Assembly: GCA_038845265.1 (NCBI GenBank)
Contig: JAWBQR010000002.1
Coordinates: 94,609 to 158,608, forward strand
Length of the DNA stretch: 64,000 nucleotides
Direction of reading: 5' to 3'
Source of the DNA: Nitrososphaerota archaeon
GTDB taxonomy: Archaea; Thermoproteota; Nitrososphaeria_A; Caldarchaeales; Calditenuaceae
Program-made: the position numbers and the translations under genes
Part shown: in pieces, positions 59,709-64,000 of the stretch
Layout: every line of letters begins with the position of its first letter
How positions within the stretch are numbered: position 1 is the stretch's first letter
The notes under the pieces: model-generated
Databases searched by the model: none
What the model saw: only the letters and a program-made list of their open reading frames with translations
Told to the model about the DNA's origin: nothing

Positions 59709-60632
59709 TTGAAATTGGAACTGAATAGACTGAGAAATTCTCTCAGGGGTCTCATCGCCGTAAGCGTAACACCATTTAAGAGAGATTTATCACTCGATGA
59801 GGAGGGTGTAAGAAGCGTTGCTAGATTCCTGCTTGAGAGTGGGCTTGATGCAATCGTTCCATGTGGGTCCATGGGTGAGTGGAACTCTCTCACGGATGAG
59901 GAAGTGAAGAGAATAATCGAGATAACAGTCGATGAGGTTAATGGAAAGATCCCAGTAATCGCCGGAGTTTCCAGCACCTCGAGCATCGCTGCTGCTAGGA
60001 GGGCAAAGATGGCCGAGGACTTAGGGGCGGACGGCCTGCTTGTCCTGCCAGCATTTTACTCTAAATACAATTTTCTGGGTGTGCTCCGTCATTACGAAAT
60101 CGTGGCATCCTCGTCCAATCTAGGAATAATTATTTACAACTTTCCAGACGCTTTGGGATACGAGATTCCCGCGCATGACCTCGATGTGATGATTGAGAAA
60201 ATACCCAGTATCGTCGGCATTAAGGACTCGACGACTGATATGGCTGAGTTCTTCTCTAGGCTTAATCTGCTCGGTGATAGGGTTGCTGTTCTCTTGGGAA
60301 ATGAGCCTTACTGCTTTTATGGACTTATGGCTGGGTCCCCAGGAGTATTCACGAGCATGGCCAACTTTAATCCATACATCATGAGGAGACTCTACAACGC
60401 CGTCTTTGATGGAAAAATAGATGAGGCCAGAAATATTTATCGAGTGATGAGTAGATACTTTGAGGTTAGGCGAAGACTCAGGAGGCCGGCGGCACTGGTA
60501 AAGCAGGCCATGATCTTCAGCGGGCATAGGATAGAGCCTACCGTGAGGCCACCACTAACGGAGCTCGAGGAAAAAGACAAAGAACTAGTCAAGGAAATCG
60601 TCGCCGAGCTGAGAGAATTCACCCACATATAG
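59709..60632 (+). CDS. DHDPS/N-acetylneuraminate lyase family aldolase
   Basis: VTPF, GSMGE, IYNFP, GIKDS (Schiff-base Lys), VRPPL. Confidence 0.9.
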   Translation: MKLELNRLRNSLRGLIAVSVTPFKRDLSLDEEGVRSVARFLLESGLDAIVPCGSMGEWNSLTDEEVKRIIEITVDEVNGKIPVIAGVSSTSSIAAARRAKMAEDLGADGLLVLPAFYSKYNFLGVLRHYEIVASSSNLGIIIYNFPDALGYEIPAHDLDVMIEKIPSIVGIKDSTTDMAEFFSRLNLLGDRVAVLLGNEPYCFYGLMAGSPGVFTSMANFNPYIMRRLYNAVFDGKIDEARNIYRVMSRYFEVRRRLRRPAALVKQAMIFSGHRIEPTVRPPLTELEEKDKELVKEIVAELREFTHI

Positions 60633-60705
60633 AGTGCATATCGGACATTTCTTAATATATATCCCGGAAAAATAGGATGAGTAGAATAAGCAGGTGCAAT
60701 AATGA

Positions 60706-61251
60706 ATGAAGCCACTAAACATACTCATATATGGATCACTAGTCATAGCAATAATCTTCACGGGCACATGGATTTACATTCTATACTCAATATCCGAGAT
60801 TAAGACTCTGGAGACCGCTGCGCCCCTCAGGGCAGAGGCTCAGCCAACGATAGACAACCAAATCTTATTGATGAATGCTTCCTCTTACATTGCGACAGTC
60901 GCGTGGGGAGCACTAGCAGCCGCGCTAGCCTATAAGGGAATAGTCCGATCAGTATGGTCAAAAAGCATGTTCGACTACTCAGTCTTTAAGCTACTCGTAA
61001 AGATGCGGGGCTCAACTACTAGGATGCGCATACTCCAAACACTGGAAAAACCAATGAATAGACAGCAACTAGCAAATGAACTTGGGCTCGACTGGAAAGC
61101 AGTCGACCGACACATCGAGCTCTTATTATCATACGGTCTCATAAAGGAGGCAGATGGAGAGAATGGACGAGTAAAACATTACGTACTGACTGATGATGGA
61201 AAACACGTATTAGAACTTTTAGAAAAACTAAGCCAGCTAAGCACGCCATAA
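60706..61251 (+). CDS. Two-TM protein with C-terminal ArsR-like wHTH
   Basis: Two TM helices; MRGSTTRMRIL...QLANELGLDWKAVDRH...YVLTDDG. Confidence 0.82.
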   Translation: MKPLNILIYGSLVIAIIFTGTWIYILYSISEIKTLETAAPLRAEAQPTIDNQILLMNASSYIATVAWGALAAALAYKGIVRSVWSKSMFDYSVFKLLVKMRGSTTRMRILQTLEKPMNRQQLANELGLDWKAVDRHIELLLSYGLIKEADGENGRVKHYVLTDDGKHVLELLEKLSQLSTP

Positions 61252-61266
61252 AACTATTGATTAGAA

Positions 61267-62847
61267 TTATCTTTGAGGTAAAAATAGCTTGATAATTGTT
61301 GTGAGCCCGACTGTCCTTATGACGTTTATTATGAATACTGAAAATCCCGCGGCCATCATTAATGCGCCCAGCATCGCGACATTCATGTATGGTTCATAAA
61401 CGCCTAGTCCCATTGGGTAAAGCATTCTTCTCAGCATGCCCAGAGTGCCCGCCATCCCCATGGATAGCCCCATCACACCTCCGCCAATAGCCATCAATAA
61501 TAAATGCATATCCGCCATCTTCTCATTAAGCATTTTTCCTGTCAAGAGCGGGAATAATGCATATATCGCCGCGAATATTGTCAATGAAAGCCCCACGAGA
61601 AGCTGAATATGGCCATGTATACCTATCACCCACTGAGTATTATGGAAGAATCTATTCGAGGCATAGTTTGCCTGAATTATGCCGGCTAAACCACCAACGG
61701 CGTAGCCGGCTATCGATGCTAAGACAAACTTGAGAGGAGCTGAATATTTGACTGGCCGAGCCCCCCAAATAGTCGCAAGAACAGCGAATATCGTGAGGCC
61801 CATCGTTAATAACTCTCCCCAAGTGAAGATCTGTCCCTGTATCTGAAGAACAAATGGCTGAGGCGTGTCTGCAAGCATGTGATGGTTCCAGACAAATAAT
61901 GAGACAACAAGGTCTGCTAAGATAACAGTCCGGACAACCTGCTCACCATATAGCCTCCTGTTTAAGAGCAGCGGAACGATTAGATACCAAGTCCCGGCGG
62001 TAAATATCAAGACATTTCCATCAGCAATGAGGTCAAGCCCCCACCAGAAGAAGTTCTTATAAATCAATGGATCAATTAAGGAGATGTTCTGAACTGCCCC
62101 TGGAAGTAGATAATATGCGCCCATAAATGCCAGAACTAGCCCTACACCGCCAATCACAAATGCATTAAGAGTAGTGTCCACACACCCTCTGAATACAGCG
62201 ACGACAAATACCGGATAATTAAATGCCTTCGCGGAATAATGTGGAATCCTCCTTATCTTGGCTAGGAGCCTATCTAGATTGAAGGCTGTGATGACCAATT
62301 CCTTAAAGATGTAACCCGCACCACCCTGACCATCGCTTTTTACGACTCTTGACGGCAGAAAAATTGTGGCGAACATATTGAAGAAAAATACGAGCACACC
62401 GGCAAGTACTAAGGTAACTCCCACCCCGAAAGACATAATGGACAAAGGCGACCAACCCACAAGATCAGCAGCCACGGGAATGGGCCAGTAAAGCGTATAG
62501 AGAGGAGCATAATGAGTAACGAACGTCGTCGTCCAGATAACTGCAATTCCAAGAATCATCAGCCAAAAACTAGTATATGCAGCCCGTTTACTGTAAATGT
62601 CCTTCTTAAGGACATAGGGAACTAGGAAATAGAATGCACCCATAACTGCCATATAGGCCCAGCCATAGATCCCCACGAATGGATGCGCAGTCATCATGGA
62701 GTAGAAATGTCTTTCATCAAAAACATCCGTAAGAAGATTCATTATCCTTAGCCGCATCAGTAGACCCTCGATACCTGCCAGTGCAAGAAATACCAAAGCA
62801 ACAATCACAAACCTCAACGAGAGTATCTTTCTCTCCTCCTCATTCAT
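61267..62847 (-). CDS. Heme-copper oxidoreductase subunit I, atypical (gNOR-like)
   Basis: 12+ TM helices; MTAH, WNHH, HGH retained; helix VI reads WWGLDLIAD instead of WxxxHPxVY. Confidence 0.85.
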   Translation of the reverse strand: MNEEERKILSLRFVIVALVFLALAGIEGLLMRLRIMNLLTDVFDERHFYSMMTAHPFVGIYGWAYMAVMGAFYFLVPYVLKKDIYSKRAAYTSFWLMILGIAVIWTTTFVTHYAPLYTLYWPIPVAADLVGWSPLSIMSFGVGVTLVLAGVLVFFFNMFATIFLPSRVVKSDGQGGAGYIFKELVITAFNLDRLLAKIRRIPHYSAKAFNYPVFVVAVFRGCVDTTLNAFVIGGVGLVLAFMGAYYLLPGAVQNISLIDPLIYKNFFWWGLDLIADGNVLIFTAGTWYLIVPLLLNRRLYGEQVVRTVILADLVVSLFVWNHHMLADTPQPFVLQIQGQIFTWGELLTMGLTIFAVLATIWGARPVKYSAPLKFVLASIAGYAVGGLAGIIQANYASNRFFHNTQWVIGIHGHIQLLVGLSLTIFAAIYALFPLLTGKMLNEKMADMHLLLMAIGGGVMGLSMGMAGTLGMLRRMLYPMGLGVYEPYMNVAMLGALMMAAGFSVFIINVIRTVGLTTIIKLFLPQR

Positions 62848-63443
62848 TGCTGCTCACCAACAATTAGTATCGCGTCAGGCACATACATCCATGGATGCAT
62901 GGGGCCACTATACTCAGTAGACCTAATGTCATATGTTCCAGGCTCTTCGAAGACCCAGACTATCCTATTGATATATGGCTTAGGAACGACTTGCATCTGA
63001 AAGACTAACGTGCCATCCTTCCTAAAAACGCCGAACCCGTAGACCAGATCTTCAGAAATGACCACGAATTCCACCGGGACATTCGCAGGAATCCTAATCG
63101 GCTTCTCGGGCAGAATGAATTTATAATTCCTCATCTCGATCACTACAGTCATTGCTACGTCTCTCTCATAGAGAGTATACCGCATCGAGGGGAGAAGGGG
63201 CGATAGGAATAGAAGATTACCAATAATCGTAACGGAGAATAGAAAAATCAGCCATCTCTTCTCACCCCTTCCCATCTCTCCTTCCCTGTCATGTCCAGCA
63301 TGCCCAGACTCCACACTCCCTCTCCGCCTACTAGTCAAGAAATAAAACACAGCTAAGAAAACAACTACAATCGAGATAATCACGAAGTAAATCATCTCGA
63401 TAATGAACTGGGGATACATTCCTATCAGTATAAGAAAAGGCAA
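62844..63443 (-). CDS. Heme-copper oxidoreductase subunit II lacking CuA ligands
   Basis: Two TM helices plus cupredoxin fold; DLVYGF and STEYSGPMHPWM. Confidence 0.85.
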   Translation of the reverse strand: MPFLILIGMYPQFIIEMIYFVIISIVVVFLAVFYFLTSRRRGSVESGHAGHDREGEMGRGEKRWLIFLFSVTIIGNLLFLSPLLPSMRYTLYERDVAMTVVIEMRNYKFILPEKPIRIPANVPVEFVVISEDLVYGFGVFRKDGTLVFQMQVVPKPYINRIVWVFEEPGTYDIRSTEYSGPMHPWMYVPDAILIVGEQQ

Positions 63444-63505
63444 ATATTAAAAAATTATGAAGACATAAAGAAAATGAAATAATACAAAAATTTGAGTAGT
63501 AAAAT

Positions 63506-64000
63506 TTAGCCCTTTACAGCTCCGAATGTGAGTCCTCTAACGATGTATCTCCTAAGTAGTAGGAAGATGATTAGTGGCGGCAAAATGTTGATGAACGAAC
63601 AAGTAGCAATGTAGTTCCAGGTCGCCCCAGTCACGGTGAAGTATTCAAATGTCGCTAAGCTGAGCGTCCTCGTCGGTCCCTCAGCTAGAATGATTGGGAA
63701 GATTAGGTTGTTCCAGCAGAATACGAACGTGAAGGCCATGCTCACAGCTGCTCCAGGAGCGCATATTGGCAAAATAATCCTTAACAAGATCGTTTTTGAG
63801 TCTGCCCCATCGATTAATGCAGCTTCCTCCACCTCTATTGGAATGGCATCGATAAAGCTCTTGAGGAGCCAGATTGTAAGGGGTATGGCGAAGGTCTGAT
63901 AAACAATAACGAGTCCTACGTATGTTCCCCTGAGTCCTATGTTTGACATCAGGATATAATAAGGAATAGTGAAAACTATGGGTGGCGTTAGTAGCAGGCT
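63506..64000 (-). CDS. Carbohydrate ABC transporter permease, 5' end outside the window
   Basis: EVEEAALIDGA, RYIVRGLTFGAVKG; frame appears to continue past the track start at 63949. Confidence 0.9.
   Translation of the reverse strand, partial: SLLLTPPIVFTIPYYILMSNIGLRGTYVGLVIVYQTFAIPLTIWLLKSFIDAIPIEVEEAALIDGADSKTILLRIILPICAPGAAVSMAFTFVFCWNNLIFPIILAEGPTRTLSLATFEYFTVTGATWNYIATCSFINILPPLIIFLLLRRYIVRGLTFGAVKG

Overview
Archaeal chromosomal segment, most likely from a thermophilic TACK-group archaeon (an Aigarchaeota/Nitrososphaeria-like inference from gene content and the GC-rich rRNA; not proven). It carries housekeeping genes (PCNA, priS-GINS, CCA-adding enzyme, Clp1-like kinase, Trm14, pyrBIC, pdxST, homocitrate synthase, PEP carboxykinase), a sugar ABC transporter with three Gfo/Idh/MocA dehydrogenases, aguBA, cysM-mec and a distant moeB-rhodanese gene. 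RNA features are a stand-alone 23S rRNA gene flanked by a perfect bulge-helix-bulge processing stem and interrupted by a 765-nt group I intron encoding a LAGLIDADG endonuclease, the RNase P RNA, and two box C/D sRNA candidates. The most striking unexplained feature is a ribbon-helix-helix + ParA operon with two neighbouring HTH genes, overlaid by three arrays of contiguous, mixed-orientation 9-bp repeats (consensus about TGGGWGAYR): a candidate archaeal partition system with its own centromere-like sites. Also notable is a heme-copper oxidase pair with Asp at the helix-VI His and Tyr positions and no CuA ligands (gNOR-like). All calls are from reading the sequence by eye; no searches were run.
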